DNA of 64,000 nt from Octopus sinensis (GCF_006345805.1 NC_043005.1:94116001-94180000); one strand, 5' to 3'. Shown: positions 1 through 15,030, counted from the first letter of the stretch. Notes: a model not told the origin generated them from the sequence alone. Translations and numbers: made by a program.

Positions 1-59
1 TGTCACATAACTAACCCATTTCAAAGCACATTCCAGTCGTCATGCTGTGCTTATGAACA

Positions 60-410
60 ATGACATGGCTGTGTGGTTATGCAGCTAACTTTGCAACCAT
101 GTGTTCAAGCCTGCTGCACACCACCTTGGGCAAGTGCTTTCTGCTACAGCCCCAAGCTGACCAATGTCTTGTGACCGAATTTCATAGAAAGAAACTCTGT
201 GAAAGCCTGCTGCATATGTGTGTCTTTCTGCCTGTGTTTGTCCCCCACCATTACACTGTTTGTTCATTGACATCTCCAGAACAGGTTCAGGAAACGTGAC
301 CAACCAAACAGATACCACACTTAAAACAAGCATCAATCTGTTAGACTGAAGCTCTCTTTAAGGTGGGAGCCCAGCATGGCCACTGTCCAACGACTGAAAA
401 AGAAAATTGA
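60..410 (+). mobile_element. Degraded tRNA-derived SINE (head, central block and 3' tail)
   Basis: Shares blocks (caccttgggcaagtg..., cccagcatggccactgtccaacgactgaaa) with copies at 14640-14850, 14866-15030, 5880-6015 and 50255-50390; family assignment by pattern recognition. Confidence 0.6.
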
Positions 411-879
411 AAAAGCAAAAAACAATCTGATAAATTCTTAAAATTTATTTTCTGATAAACTTTTTTTTGTTTCTTTGTTTTATATTAACATATGCAGTGC
501 ATTATTCAGTTTCAATCCTCTGACAAGTCCATTCACAGAATTTAATTTATTAAATAATAGGCATGCGTGATATACAGTTCATTATTGGCACTTAGGTAAC
601 AGAAAAATCCATTCCGTAGAACAGAAAACTCAAAATATCAGATCAACTTTTTTACACTTTTACTTGTTTTAATATTATTATTATCAATATTATTATTATA
701 TTACACAATTTTTTTTGTGTATTTTTTTTTCAAGTTTTAATTTTTACATTTGTATAAAAATATCTAGTCTTCAGTACATAATAATAAATAAGATGAAGAG
801 AGTCAGGAAAATTTATCTCAAAGATAATTAACACTTATATCTGTGTTACTTCAAGAAATTTTCTTGAATACTGTTCACA

Positions 880-915
880 CACACACACACACACACAAAG
901 GTGTGTATATATATG

Positions 916-962
<47 letters not shown>

Positions 963-1241
963 TATATTATATATTTATATATACATACATATATATACAT
1001 ATATATATATTTATATTTATATATATATACATATATATATACATATATATATATATTTATATATATATACATACTATATATATATATAATATATATATAT
1101 ATACATACATATATATATACATATATATATATTATATATATATACATACATATATAATACATATATATATATATATATATATACATATATACATATATAT
1201 ATATTTAATATATATACATACATATATATATATATATACAT

Positions 1242-1291
<50 letters not shown>

Positions 1292-1657
1292 CATATATAT
1301 ATAGATATATATACATACATATATATATTTATATATACATACATATATATATTTATATATACATAATATATATATATATATATACATAATATATTATATT
1401 TATATATATATACATATATTATATATTACATACATATTATATATTTATATATATATACATACAATATATATATATATATACATACATATATATATATATA
1501 TACATACATATATATATTATATATATATACATACATATATATATATATATATATACATACATATATATATATATATATACATACATATATATATATATAT
1601 ACTACATATATATATATATATATAATATACATACAATATAATATATTATATACATAC

Positions 1658-1714
<57 letters not shown>

Positions 1715-1725
1715 CATATATATAC

Positions 1726-1759
<34 letters not shown>

Positions 1760-2198
1760 TATATATACATATATATATATTACATATATATAATAATATA
1801 TACATATAATACATATATATATATAATATACATAATATATATAATATATATATACATATATATATACATAGATATATATATACATATATATATATACATA
1901 CATATATATATCACATATATATATACATATATATATACATATATATATACCTATATATATATATACATATATATATTACATAATATATATACATATATAT
2001 ATACATATATATATACAATATATATACATATATCTACATACATATATTACATACATATATATATATATACTACATATATACATATATATACATACATTAT
2101 ACATACATTATATATATATACATACATTATATATATATATATTTATATATATACATATATATACATATATATATATTATACATTATATATATATACAT

Positions 2199-2250
<52 letters not shown>

Positions 2251-2262
2251 CAATATATATAC

Positions 2263-2344
<82 letters not shown>

Positions 2345-2437
2345 CATATATATATACATCTATATATACTATATATATACATATATATATACATATATAT
2401 ATAATATATATACATATAATATACATATATATTACAT

Positions 2438-2480
<43 letters not shown>

Positions 2481-2485
2481 CTATA
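880..2485. repeat. ~1.6 kb compound (TA)n/(TACA)n microsatellite
   Basis: Directly visible; source of the spurious YI-repeat ORFs. Confidence 0.97.
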
Positions 2486-2610
2486 TATAGCAATTAAGGA
2501 CAACTACTTAATAAGGAAAACTTAACAAGAAATTGTCAGGTAGATAGCGTGAAAACCTCATAAGAGAAAAAATTTCGAAAATAATTATTTCTTATTGAAC
2601 ATATTAATTT

Positions 2611-2856
2611 ATATATAGAGGGCATTATACATACATGCCAGAGGGCATTATACATACCATGCCACACGCTAAGAGGGACAATTAGTCATTTCTACAAAAA
2701 TATTACTAATCCCACCGAATGCAATTTTTCTACTTTGAAAAATTGCATCGGTGGGATTAGTAATATTTTTGGTAGAAATGACTAATTGTCCCTCTTAGCG
2801 TGTGGCATGTATGTATAATGCCCTCTGGCATGTATGTATAATGCCCTCTATATATA
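2611..2856. repeat. Near-perfect fold-back palindrome (~120-bp arms, ~6-nt loop), MITE-like
   Basis: gagggcattatacatacatgcc...gcaatttttc-tacttt-gaaaaattgc...ggcatgtatgtataatgccctc; each arm has a ~22-bp internal tandem duplication. Confidence 0.92.
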
Positions 2857-3001
2857 ATATTATATATATATATACTATAGCATATATATATACACACATA
2901 TATATATATAACCCATATATATATATATATATACACATATATATATATATATACACATATATATATATATATACCATATATATATATATATATACACTAT
3001 A

Positions 3002-3051
<50 letters not shown>

Positions 3052-3068
3052 TATATATATTATACACA

Positions 3069-3153
<85 letters not shown>

Positions 3154-3320
3154 TTGTATGTGTGTGTGTGTGTATATATGTGTGTGTATATATTTTGTGT
3201 GTATATATATATATATAATATATATCATCATCATCATTTAGCGTCCGCTTTCCATGCTAGCATGGTTGGACATATATATATATATATGTGTATATAAATA
3301 TATATATGTGTGTATATATA
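2857..3320. repeat. (TA)n/(CA)n/(TG)n microsatellite
   Basis: Directly visible. Confidence 0.95.
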
Positions 3321-3764
3321 TACATATATATGTGTGTGTGTCTAATTCAAATCTTTGTTTTATTATAAAATGTTTCTTCTTGTTTCATTGTGACAATTAA
3401 AGAAGAATATTAGAAACCAATTTTGTATGTTTTTTCTTTGTTTTGTGTCTTAAATAAACATCAAATAGATTTATTTACAATGCAAAATAATAATACTAGA
3501 TTAAAATCTTACAAAAATATGTAGAAAGAAATTATGGTGACTATATATGTGTGTATTGCAAAGTTGCTGGTGTGTCTGCTAATAAAACACATTTAAACAT
3601 TATGTAATTTATGTTATAATTTTAAAAAATTAGGAACTGATTCTTCAGTTTTATTCTGATCCTGTGTATGTTTGTGCTTGTGTGTTGCATGCTGACATGG
3701 ATTGGACGTACATATAAATGCATGTATAATTAAATATACACACATACACACACACACGCATATA

Positions 3765-3797
<33 letters not shown>

Positions 3798-5141
3798 CAT
3801 ACACACATACAAACATATAAATATGCACACACCTACACAAAAAGTTTGTGTGCAGCAGTGTATATGCACACTACAGAAGCTAACAGTGCATAAATAAATA
3901 ATAAATAAATAAATCTTTTTTTCAAACATAGGGAAAAAAATCTAAAATCACAATCTTGGGTATTAAACAGAAATTAGTAAATTATCCCCCAAGAACAAGA
4001 AAATATTAGTGCAAGAGTCAGACCCAGATTACTGTCCAGAATATAGAGACTGGTAGTAATCAGAAAGATGTGGACCAGAAATGTAATGGAATGGCTTCTG
4101 ATAGAATTTTAGTTTTAGGTTAGATAACTGTATTCAGCAAAACCCACCACTAACTTTTCCACCTCAAATCTGTCAGTCTTCATATGTGTTGGGGTAACTA
4201 ATCATAATCTAGCTTTAGTTGGCCCCTGACCTCCACTCAGCATTAAACATCAGCATCAGATTTCTCTGTCTCTTTCAGGTAAAAAAAAAAAGATATCATT
4301 TTGAAACATCTGCAAACATTACAATTATATATATATATATGTGTGTGTGTGTGTACGCGCGCGCACACATATACAGCATATCCTGCATGTAGAGTTATAT
4401 GTACAACTGCTACTGGTGAGTTTAGAGCTCTGTATAGAGTATTACTAGTTTTATGATATAAAGAGTAAATGTAGGAGAAATTATGATAGACACAAGTTTA
4501 TAACATTTGTTCCCTATGAGTAATTCACTGATTGTGTTTATTTGCAGTCTCTGCATTGGATGTTCCAAGTGCAATTGGTTGCTGAACCACAACAGATGAT
4601 GCACCAGAAAAATACGATTCATATGTTGCAAATAATCACAATAGTAAAATGTAGGGAGAGAATAATTAACATAAACTTGTGTTTATCATAATTTCTGGCA
4701 TGTGTATGTGTGTTCATTTTTTTTTTCAGTGGTATGTGTTGTGAAGTGAGAAAATGAGAGAAGGGACAGGAACAGGTTTCATAGAAACATGGCTACTTCA
4801 GTTTGCATTATAGGAGGGTAAAAGCAATTGGGGTGGAGTGGGAAAGAGAGATAGAGGAGGGTGGTGAGAAAGCATCAGAGTACACACACACACACACACA
4901 TGTACATTGCAAGAAAAATAAAGCATATAAGTATGTGTGTGTGTTTTAGGTTGAGTTATAATAAAAGCAATTTAACATTAAACTGAACAATTACTCAGTA
5001 CTTTTTTTATACAGTACATATTTATTTCATGAAGTGGGATGACACTGACTACAAAGTTTTGGCTTGCTACCCTTTGTCAGGCAATCTGATGAAAGCTTGC
5101 AGGCCGAAACTCCAAAATCACTGAAAGCCCTCTTGGGAAAG

Positions 5142-5177
<36 letters not shown>

Positions 5178-5670
5178 TATATATATATAATATATATATA
5201 TAATATAGGATATATGTAGACTCCTTGAAAGCCATTTTTGTTCATCTAATCCATTAATTAGTTAATACACATGCACAGATAGATATAAATAAATGGTATA
5301 ATAGAATCCTAAGTAAATGATGGATGTATTATGCAGGACAAGATACTTATTCTCTACTTTTACATGATTTTGTTCAATTTCAGAATAGATTTGCTGGTTC
5401 TTGGTTTCTGGCGAGCTAATCACTGGTTTGTTACATTTTTGATGGTGAGGGATGCTGACAAAGGGTTTCATTTAAAAGTATTGGACAGTAACATTTTTTT
5501 CAACCCTCAACACATCTTCCTCCCCTCAGAGCTACAACCACACCAGATGATGCAAACAGAAATCATCATCTATGTTTAATAGTTACCAATAATTTGAGCA
5601 GTTGATTGGGACAACCATTAGAGCAGCATTGGACAAAATGCCTTGTAATACTTATTCTCACACTTCACAT

Positions 5671-5830
5671 TCATCATCATCATCACCATTTAATGTCCAC
5701 TTTCCCATGCTTCAATGGGATGGATGGAGTTTAATGAAGCAGGTTTTTTGCAGCCAGATGTCCTTCCTGTTGCCAACCCTCACATGTTTCCAAGCAAGGT
5801 AATATTTCCTCATGGTCAGACATGTTTTCA
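5671..5830 (-). mobile_element. RTE LINE 3'-end remnant with (ATG)n tail
   Basis: catcatcat tail then tttcccatgc...cagatgtccttcctgttgccaacc, same family as 8531-8965 and 12280-12460. Confidence 0.55.
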
Positions 5831-5879
5831 CAGGATATGAGAAATGAATTTCATTCATTTACAACACACACACACATAG

Positions 5880-6015
5880 AGGCTTCTTTCAGTTTTGCCT
5901 TATGAGATCTACTAGCTGGTCTAGGGTTATAGTAGAAGATACTAGCCCAACATGCCACATAGTAGGACTCAACCTGAAACCATATGGTTGGGAAGCCAGG
6001 CTCTCAACCATGCAA
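5880..6015 (-). mobile_element. tRNA-derived SINE 5' head, degraded
   Basis: Homologous to 14866-15030 (ggcttctttcagttt...ggttgggaagc). Confidence 0.5.
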
Positions 6016-7458
6016 GCCCACAACCACAATCCTGCTGAAGACAACTTTTTGGGATGGTCAATAAAATAAAGTACCAGTCAAAAATACTGAGGGCAATGCT
6101 CCTGATCAATCTCCTCCTCCCACCAAAATTGCTGGCCTTGTGCCTAAATTAAAAACAAAGAGTTTATACAGACACACAATGTAATTAGTTTTTCAACAGT
6201 TCTCTCAATATCTTCATGTTCATGTAGTTTCAATAGCAGCATAAATGAAGTTGCTTATGTAAGAACTCAATGAAGTACTGCATCAAAATATGTGCAGGAT
6301 GGTTTGATTAAACTGAAAGCAAGCAAAAATTAGTCTAATGTCAGCAGGGCAGCACAGGTTGCCCTGTTAACATTAGCTGTGAATTTCTAGATATTGTTAT
6401 TTCCCATTTTTTTTTAACTACCCAGATAACTGAAGAGAAATTGCTATAAGACAGGCCTATTTTATGCAAGTAATGAAAATATATTCATTAATAGAAAAAT
6501 GTGAGTGACAGTGATGACAATGGTGATTATGTGGTCATTAAATAAACTAAACAAATGAATGGGAAAATCTTTCAGAGAATAAAAGAAATATTATTTTTTC
6601 AGTTAGATATTTTATAACAACCATCAGGTACCTATTAATATGGCCTGAATAAACAACAAAAGTATTAACCAACTAAGTAAGATTCTTAAACTATCTATCA
6701 ACCCAAGCAATCCAAGTTTCACTTTTAAGAAGAAATATATAATGAAAGTAATATATATATATATACACATACCCAAAACAAATAAAACTTTTCCAAAAGA
6801 GAAAAAAAGGCAAATTCTCACCAACCATTCTGATTTTTAGGTGTTGCCAACTAATTCTCTTAAAATATAGCTTTAAAAAATATTAACTCATCAGATCAGC
6901 AATATATATGTATAATTTACATATGTATGCGTTTGTGTGTGTGTATACACATACATACACATTTGTATGCATATATATGTGTGTATGAACAAACAAGTTA
7001 AATATGCAATCTATTCCTGTCTGGTTTCGAGAGAATCTTCCATGAAAATAGAGACAGACAGACAGACATAGACAGGCTGTAATTTTACTGATATAATTCC
7101 ATAAAGATAGCCTTAACCTTTAGTTAGTGGTTCAACAACTCACACTCTACAATCAGACTTCACACTATCTGATGGTTAAAAGTAAATGTTGAGTTTAGTT
7201 AGGATGTGAACACACACACATTAAAAATAAAACTGAAAATGTCTAAAGTTTACCAAACTGAAATTTCCAAGAAGTTATTACAAAACATAAAAGCATACAT
7301 GTATGTTTATACATACATGCCTTTTAATGTGCATATGTGTGTGTGAGTTGAGCGTATATGTATAATTAAGATAAGTATTAGTTAGACAAAAGATAATATT
7401 CTTTACACACACAGAAGATATATATATATATATAATATATATATATATAATATATATA

Positions 7459-7509
<51 letters not shown>

Positions 7510-8530
7510 CACAAAGAAGCCAACGATTTGTTAGCTTTATGGGCTGGCTGTGATATTTTCATCTTTAGCAAACAGGTAACTGCTATTTCTTTCAATAAAG
7601 TGCAGATATAGCTGGCTAACTATTTATTTCAGATTATGACTAAGCAAAAAACAAAAGAACAAAGCTTACCAACAACAGCAATCCAAAACACCCCCTTCTT
7701 AGCCAAAATAAACCATAATTCTATTATAGTGAAAGAATAGAGTAGAGCAACCATAGATGTTATCAGATGAGCTTTCACTCAATGCCTAACAATGCAACTG
7801 TTGCTGGTGCAGGCCATCACCAATTTCATCTGATCCAAATTTTAACCTAATGATGATATAATAATACTGATGTAGCACAAATTTGTTAACTATTCTTATA
7901 CTAGTACAACCAGGTGCTTTATATCATTTCTTAAAGTCTATCTTCTAATTTTAATCAGCCTCAAATTGTACTTGATAAATTTCATTGAAGTCATCAATTA
8001 ATTTAGTTTGAAAATTATTAACACATCTAGGGATTAAGATTTTGTTATTTTCTGGATAGAATTAAATTTCAGCATACCTTTACTATTCTAAGTGAATTAG
8101 GTTATTCAACTTTCATGTCTTCAGGAATAAGAGTCATTCTTGAAATACAACTCTAAACACAGATAAAGGACTATTTTTCATGTGATAAGCATGTCTTGAA
8201 GTACATAAGGGCTTGTGTCTTTTAAAATTTAAAATTTTTATTTATTAAAAGGTTTCTTTTAGATATTTTCACATAGAACCAATGATATAATATTCATGAC
8301 AAAGGTTTTAGATCATTTGTTCTAAGCAATATGGGACAGTAAGACTAATCAATCAGTGCTCAAAAAAGATTATAAATACTTAATTATGCCAATCTAAAGG
8401 TTCTCTATGACCAAGTGACAGCATTACTGCTTAACACTTTATTTTGAACTGATTCTCATATTTTCATTGTCACCATCCACTAAAAGGGGTTTTATGTACA
8501 ATTTTCTCTGTCAAAATAAGATGGGTTCAA

Positions 8531-8965
8531 TCATCATCATCATTTAACATCTGTTTTCCATGCTGGCATAGGTTGGACGGTTTGACTGGGGACTGGGAAA
8601 GCCAGGAGGCTGCACCAGGCTCCAATCTGATCTGGCAATGTTTTTACAGCTGGATGCCCTTCCTAATGCCAACCACTCTGAGTGTAGTAGATGCTTTTTA
8701 TGTGCCACCGGCATGAGAGCCAGTCAAGTAGCACTGGCATTGGACACATTCAGATGGTGCTTTTTACATGCTACTGGCACAGGAGTTAGTCAAGGGTGCC
8801 ATGTGGGAGGGGGGCTGGCATCGACCATGTTCGGATGGTGCTTTTTATGTGTCACTGGCACGGGGAGCTAGTCAGGCAGCACTGGCAATGACCCATGGCA
8901 TGAATGGTGCTTATTGCATGTCACCAGCACGGGAGCCAGTCAGGCAGCACTGGCGTCGGCCAGCA
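8531..8965 (-). mobile_element. RTE LINE 3' UTR fragment with ~60-bp subrepeats and (ATG)n tail
   Basis: Reverse complement matches the subrepeats (tgccggtggcacgtaaaaagcacc...) that follow the RTE ORF at 60770-60960. Confidence 0.75.
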
Positions 8966-9699
8966 ATTTAGAACTAAATATTCTTCCAGATTCACTTGAG
9001 ACAACCATGAAGGAGAAGCAATAATTATTTTTCACCTAAATTGATTGAAGCAAATAGAGAAGGTAATAAGGTAATATACTCCTGCTTTTGATTAACTCAT
9101 AACCTTAGGGACCATGAAATCACCAAAGTTTATGTAGTTTTCTAGATGAGGCTGGTGACTGTCCAGAAAGCCCTTTTTATTACTTGTAAGATAATGAGTA
9201 ATTATAGTAGTATTTTATCTAAAAGTTGACCATGTTTCACAAAGGAGGTTATGTCTGAAAGAATAGATAACAGAATTTTCAGTCTTGGAATTAGAGTCAA
9301 AAATGCTCAAAGAATGAGCCCCATTTTCTATATTTCAGTATTCAACCCAGTTAAAGAGCTAAATATTACAAAGCTATTTATAAAATTTTCAAATTAGGTA
9401 TTTCCTTTGAATTATGATTTGTAACTGTTCAAAAAGAAACAAGGAGAGAGATAGGGGCTAGATATGATTGAGTTAAATTAATTTGATTATTTCATTTAGC
9501 AAAAACAAAGAGAGCTGACTTTACAAAGAGATAATTGAAAAAAAAAAAAATTCTTCATGGTACAATTGATCAACTCAAACTTTTCTTAATTTTGTAAAAT
9601 CACCCCAGCCATTTTAGAAAATTTGGATATTTGCACCTGAATTGTTTAAAGAAATTTAACTATTTCATCATATTTCTATTGAAATACATTTCCTCTGTT

Positions 9700-9884
9700 T
9701 CAATGAATTTTGTAAATGATGAAGAATTTAGATCAAAATTTTTTTTCATTTTTAAGCTGGAGCTTGGAACATAAATTAACATGACATTTTGATGTAAGGT
9801 TTTCATTCAGATCACTTTGAAACAGGAAGTTTTTATCATAGAACTATGGATGGTTTTCAGGTGAGTTGGTATCAAAAGGGTTAA
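9700..9884. mobile_element. piggyBac-like non-autonomous fragment (GGG|TTAA end); diverged relatives at ~11400-11550 and, inverted, ~13990-14220
   Basis: Ends ...ggtatcaaaaggg|ttaa; shared internal blocks (taagctgg, aattaacatga, tcagatcacttt) among the three copies; no transposase. Confidence 0.45.
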
Positions 9885-12279
9885 TAAGACAGCTGGTTTG
9901 TTGTTCCCCACATCAACAATCAAATATGGAGTTTTAATATAATTGCTGCATGCTTTATCTCCCCATACCCTTAGTGGTCAATAATCTACACCTTGAAATT
10001 AATATATTACTTCTCTAAAGCTGATATATACTAACCCATGAAAACTAGTTACATCAAACCAAACTAATGAACCTTCACGAGTTTCAAAAAGATTAGCTCT
10101 GCATTCATTTATGACTGAGTGAATGAGAAGTAGTCTTATGGATAACTGGTGTAAGAATACACCATGCTTTAAAATATTTATGGCCAGACTGATGCTATCT
10201 TGGAGAAGTAGAACTACATCTTAATCCTTTATGTTTGTTAACTTAACAAAAATATCAATAGTTTGAGGTGTGTTAAAATGATAACCTACATTATAGATGT
10301 TTGCTTACTGGATGGTTTTTTTAGTCTGGAGAATGTTATAAATGTACTTAAGGAATCTAACAGTATGCTGCTTGGTAAAGATCCTACACTCAGACTGACC
10401 AAGTTATTAATCCAAACTGGTTCCATTTGGTAGCTTGATCTGTCACAAGCAGAGCAGGTCACTGTACAAAACAATTATGTTCAGCGATATGCTCACGCTC
10501 CAATGCCTATTTCTCACCAAATTTTGTTAGTTATGATAGAAAGGACAGGATTGAGAGAGAAATCAAGAAAAGATGGATGACTTGAGAGATAAACCATGAG
10601 GCAGGAAATGCAGCTTGAATTAGAAAGTATCCTGCACTCACAAGAGGAGTATCTTTCATTCACACTCCAGATCTCACTTGGTCTTTGAACTTGGATTTCT
10701 TGTTTGATAAATTAGGAGATGATAGGGATATAAAAATCAGTTCTGTTATGGAATATAGAAAATATTGATATTTAAATAAATCTGGATGCAGACACCATAA
10801 ATGAATGTGGAGTTCAACATTGTAAGGTCTAAGGATAAGAAGGAGGGGAGGTTTTTGGCTAGTGGAGGCACCTATTGATAATCTAAACATCTGTGTTTTT
10901 GAATAAGGTAGGTTTCCTAAAGCAGTTGCTCTGGACACACAGTGCTTGTCAAGATGTAACATGACAGACGTGCTTAACTTCAGCCATGTTAAAATGATAG
11001 ACTGCACAATTGATAATCTACTCACTAGAAGTTGTTTCTTGTTGAAGAATATTGTAACATAGCCTGAGAAAGCAAACATTTCGATGGACTTGCAGCTGAC
11101 ACCAGAATAGCTGGGTCACTGGTTCATTGTCTCAAGGACAACTCTGATCCAGAATGATTGATAAAATGGTTGCTTTTTTTCAATACACACTGTCTCTTTT
11201 TGATTGCATGAGATTACTCAAAGAGCTTCTTGGACTAAGCAATTTTCAGACCTTATTGCTCTCAGGGTATGTAGGTTTAACATGTTGAGTTATTATCTTT
11301 AATGCTGAAGGAAAATGAATCTTTTAGTTCAAATGTCAAGGAAACACATGGTCTTCACCTATTCATTACCATATTTCTGCTGAACAACACTGCTTTTACT
11401 TGAATTAATTTTGAAAATAATGAAGAATTTAATAAAATAACTTTGTCATTAAGCTGGTGTTGCAAGGTTGTAATTCAGATCCCTTTAAAACAGAAACCTT
11501 ATTACAGAACCAGGAGCAGTCACTGGCAAGTTGATATCAAAAGAGTTAATGAATACTCTTAAGTATTCAGGAACTGACCTTGAGAGTTAGGGTGGATGAA
11601 ACTGTCGTGGCATTGGCATTTTTATCATTGCTTTTAGATGTATTCCTATACAGAAAGGATGTAAATGAGTCAAAGTGATGCTGTCTTGGAGAGACAGGCT
11701 TATATCTGATTCAACTCCCAACTTAGTCAATTTAACAGAAATGTCAAAGATCAAGTCTGTTAAAATAATTAACAGTCTTCTTATCAAATGTTCCTTTTCA
11801 GATTAGAACTAATTTGAAAGTGAACCACAGCAAATTATTTTTAAAAAATATATAAATCAACATCGTTCTAATCAAATGTTTTCACTATTCCAATCTATTG
11901 TTGTTATTGTGGAAGTTCAATACCGAATTCCAGCTGAAGTGGTAAAACAACATAAATTTGAGATTTGAAACATCTGGGGAGAGCTTGGCCATGTGCATAA
12001 GGCACATCTAGCAAAACAACTAGCATTCCAATTACAAAACAGGTTCACCTTATAACTATAATCCATGAATTTTAGAGTCGTCTTGAAGTCATTAGTTTAT
12101 CTTTCTTCTCATTTAGTAACTTTCTAAATCTTTTGATTTTCAAATGTATCTCAAACATTGAAGTCAATTGAGCAAGGTATTAAATGAATCATCTTCCTCA
12201 TGGAGGCAGCAACAAGTGACTGAGACAGTTGGTGATATGCCATGCTTGAGAAGACCTTTCAAGCCATGTGAGATCGTAG

Positions 12280-12460
12280 TTGTAGCTGATGCTGGTGCAC
12301 CCACCACACTGTTGGAGTGGTTGGCATTAGGATGGGCATCCAGCAGTAGAAACATTGCCAGATCAGACTGGAACCTGGTGCAGTTCCCCAGCTTAGCAGT
12401 TTTCAGTCAAACCATCCAACCCATGCCAGCATGGAAAACAGACAATAAATGATGATGATG
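12280..12460 (+). mobile_element. RTE LINE 3'-end remnant with (ATG)n tail
   Basis: gagtggttggcattagg...ccatgccagcatggaaaacag...atgatgatgatg. Confidence 0.7.
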
Positions 12461-12634
12461 GTGGTGGTAATGATAATCTTTTAGTAAGTAAGGGAAGGCA
12501 GTGCTCATGACCCATTACAGGGTCTTTGAGACAGGTGAGAGGAAGGTATCCTCAAATCAGAGATTTAGCTTGAATGCTCACAACAAAGTGGACTCTGTTA
12601 AAGATACCTAGGGTGCCAGGTAACCAGGTGAAAT

Positions 12635-13580
12635 CGTCATAATCATCGTTTATGCTGGAAGGGGTTGGATGGTTTGACATAGAGCTGGCCAGGCTCCAAT
12701 TGTCTGTTGTGGCATGGTTTCTATAGCTGGATGCCCTTCCTGATGCCAGCCACTTAACAGTGAGCTATGTGCACTTTATGTGCCACCAGCATGGGTGCTT
12801 TTTATATGGCACCGGCACCCAAAATGACAAGCCTGTATGTGTGGAAGACAGCAATTTTCTTTAGCTCGATGTGTCTTATCAAGTACTGTAAATCACCACA
12901 ACTCCCAGTCCCTTGTTATTTCCTCAATGAGGCCCAGTGTCTAAAAATCCTTTTTCACCACTTCATCCCATATCTTTCTGGGTCTACCCTTCCACAGGAA
13001 CCCTTCACAATTAGAACTCGACACTTCTTTATGCAGCAGTTCTCATCCATACGCATCACATGATCAAACCCATTGCAGTCTTCTCTCTTGCACACAACAT
13101 CTGATACCTCTTACACCCAGCTTTCTCCTTAAATCAATTACACCCAGCTATGTGTGCACACTGATATTACCCATCCAGTAGAGCATGTTAGCTTCATTTC
13201 TTTCAAGCCTCCACAAGTCCTCTGCAGTCACAGCCCATATTTCACTGCTGTGTGACATAGCTTTGTGTACACAGGCATCATACAATCTGCCTTTCACTCT
13301 GAGGGAGAGGCCCTTATTTACCAACAAAAGTAGAAGCTCTCTGAACTTTGCCCAACCCATTCTTATTCTAGCAATTATACTTTCAGAACTTCCTCCACCA
13401 ATACTAATTTGGTCTCCTAGGTAACAGAAGCTATCTAATGATCCCCCCACCCCCAAGCATTTGAGGGAGTCTATTGTCTGCACATTTTTAGTGCTTATTG
13501 TACTTATTTTATCAATCTCTATTTGTATAAGCAATAAGTTAAAGGGCATAAAAGAACACAACATAAACACAGACATGGCT
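12635..13580 (-). mobile_element. 5'-truncated RTE LINE (C-terminal ORF part plus 3' UTR), decayed
   Basis: ORF 13148-13576 (DSFCYLGDQIS...ARIRMGWAKFRELL...RVKGRLY) matches the C-terminus of the RTE at 58-60.6 kb; 3' UTR follows toward lower coordinates. Confidence 0.85.
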
Positions 13581-13582
13581 AT

Positions 13583-13620
<38 letters not shown>

Positions 13621-14520
13621 TGTGTGTGTGTATGGCCTAGAGTCCTAAAGTTAATATAGGAAAGACCAAAATGTTCAACATATGGGAAATGAGTAGAAAG
13701 GAACTCAATACCAATTTGGACATAAAAGATGTAGTGGGATTACTGGCAGAATGACAGAACAGTTAGCAGCATGGTCGCCCATGAAATGATTACATTTGTT
13801 GACAAAAAGCAGATTATGAAGCATGTTTGAAGAGTGTGATGTTGAATGCCAGTAAGACATGGACATTGCATGAGAAAAATGTATGGAAATAAGAGAATTG
13901 AGTACAGTCCATTAGGTGGGTAGTAATATCTTGCATGAGAGGTGATGCATAAATTAACCAAGAGACTAGTTAGGCATTAAGTACATCAGTTAACCATGTT
14001 GTATACCAACCCACTTGAGACTGCTTCTAATTGAATGATACAATCATTTTGTTTTAAAGTGATCTAAATTAAAACCTTCCACCAAAATATCATGTTAATT
14101 TATGATCCAAACACCAAATTAATAGAAACAAAGTTATTTTACTAAAGTCTTCATTATATTCAAAATTAATTGAAACAAAGGCCCTTGCATTTCAAAAGAA
14201 AAGTAGTAAAAAAATGCTAATGCATGTGGTATGGCTATGAATGTCATGGGGAAAATGTGCAATATATTTACAATGTAAGGTTTAATGACATAAGAAGACT
14301 CAGGGTATCATGAGGAACAGTGGTCATATCTTCTTAAGCTGCTGAGCCTCAGAAAAAGCATGACACAGGATTGTGAAGAAGGATGATATGCTTTGTGGCA
14401 GACCTGTCCAATCCATGCCAGCATGGTCAAATGGACATTAAAATGATGATACTTTTGAAAATATACAGTATTATATTATAATACAATATCGCAATAATTA
14501 TAGTAAGATGCACAATGGGC

Positions 14521-14850
14521 TTTTTATTCTTTTACTTGTTTCAGTCATTTGACTGTGGCCATGCTGGAGCACTATCTTCAGTCAAAGAAATCAACCCCAG
14601 GACTTATTCTTTGTAAGCCTAGTACTTATTCTATTGGTCTCTGTGTCTGTGTTTGTCCCCGCCATCATCATTTGACAACCGATGCTGGTGTGTTTATGTC
14701 CCCATAACTTAGCAGTTTAGCAAAAGAGACTCAGTACTAGGCTTACAAAGAATTAGTCCTGGAGTCGAGTTCTTTGGCTAAAACCCTTTTAAGGCAGTGC
14801 TCCAGCATGGCCACAGTCAAATGACTGAAACAAGTAAAAGAACAAAAGAA
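14521..14850. mobile_element. Two SINE 3' halves in inverted, tails-out arrangement
   Basis: ttcttttacttgtttcagtcatttgactgtggccatgctggagcact ... agtgctccagcatggccacagtcaaatgactgaaacaagtaaaagaa. Confidence 0.8.
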
Positions 14851-14865
14851 TATATAAATATACAC

Positions 14866-15030
14866 GTCGGGCTTCTTTCAGTTTCTGTCAACCAAATCCA
14901 CTCACAAAGTTTTGGTCAGCCCGAGGCTATAGCAAAAGACATTTGCCCAAGGTGTCACGCAGTAGGACTGAACCCGGAACTATGTGGTTGGGAAGCAAGC
15001 TTCTTACCACACAGCCACTCCTGCGCCTGT
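14866..15030 (-). mobile_element. tRNA-derived SINE 5' head
   Basis: Minus strand gagtggctgtgtggtaag...ccgggttcagtcc with A/B-box-like motifs, followed by non-tRNA sequence. Confidence 0.7.

Noticed and set aside
843-3237. Many long Y/I/H/T-repeat ORFs (also at 27.8-28.5, 44.7-45.1, 49.0-49.2 and 57.0-57.4 kb)
   Set aside because: Translations of (TA)n/(CA)n microsatellites, which lack stop codons
10286-11787. ORFs of 60-140 aa in unique-looking DNA
   Set aside because: No recognisable motifs in any frame I could read; may be an ancient TE but I cannot support that
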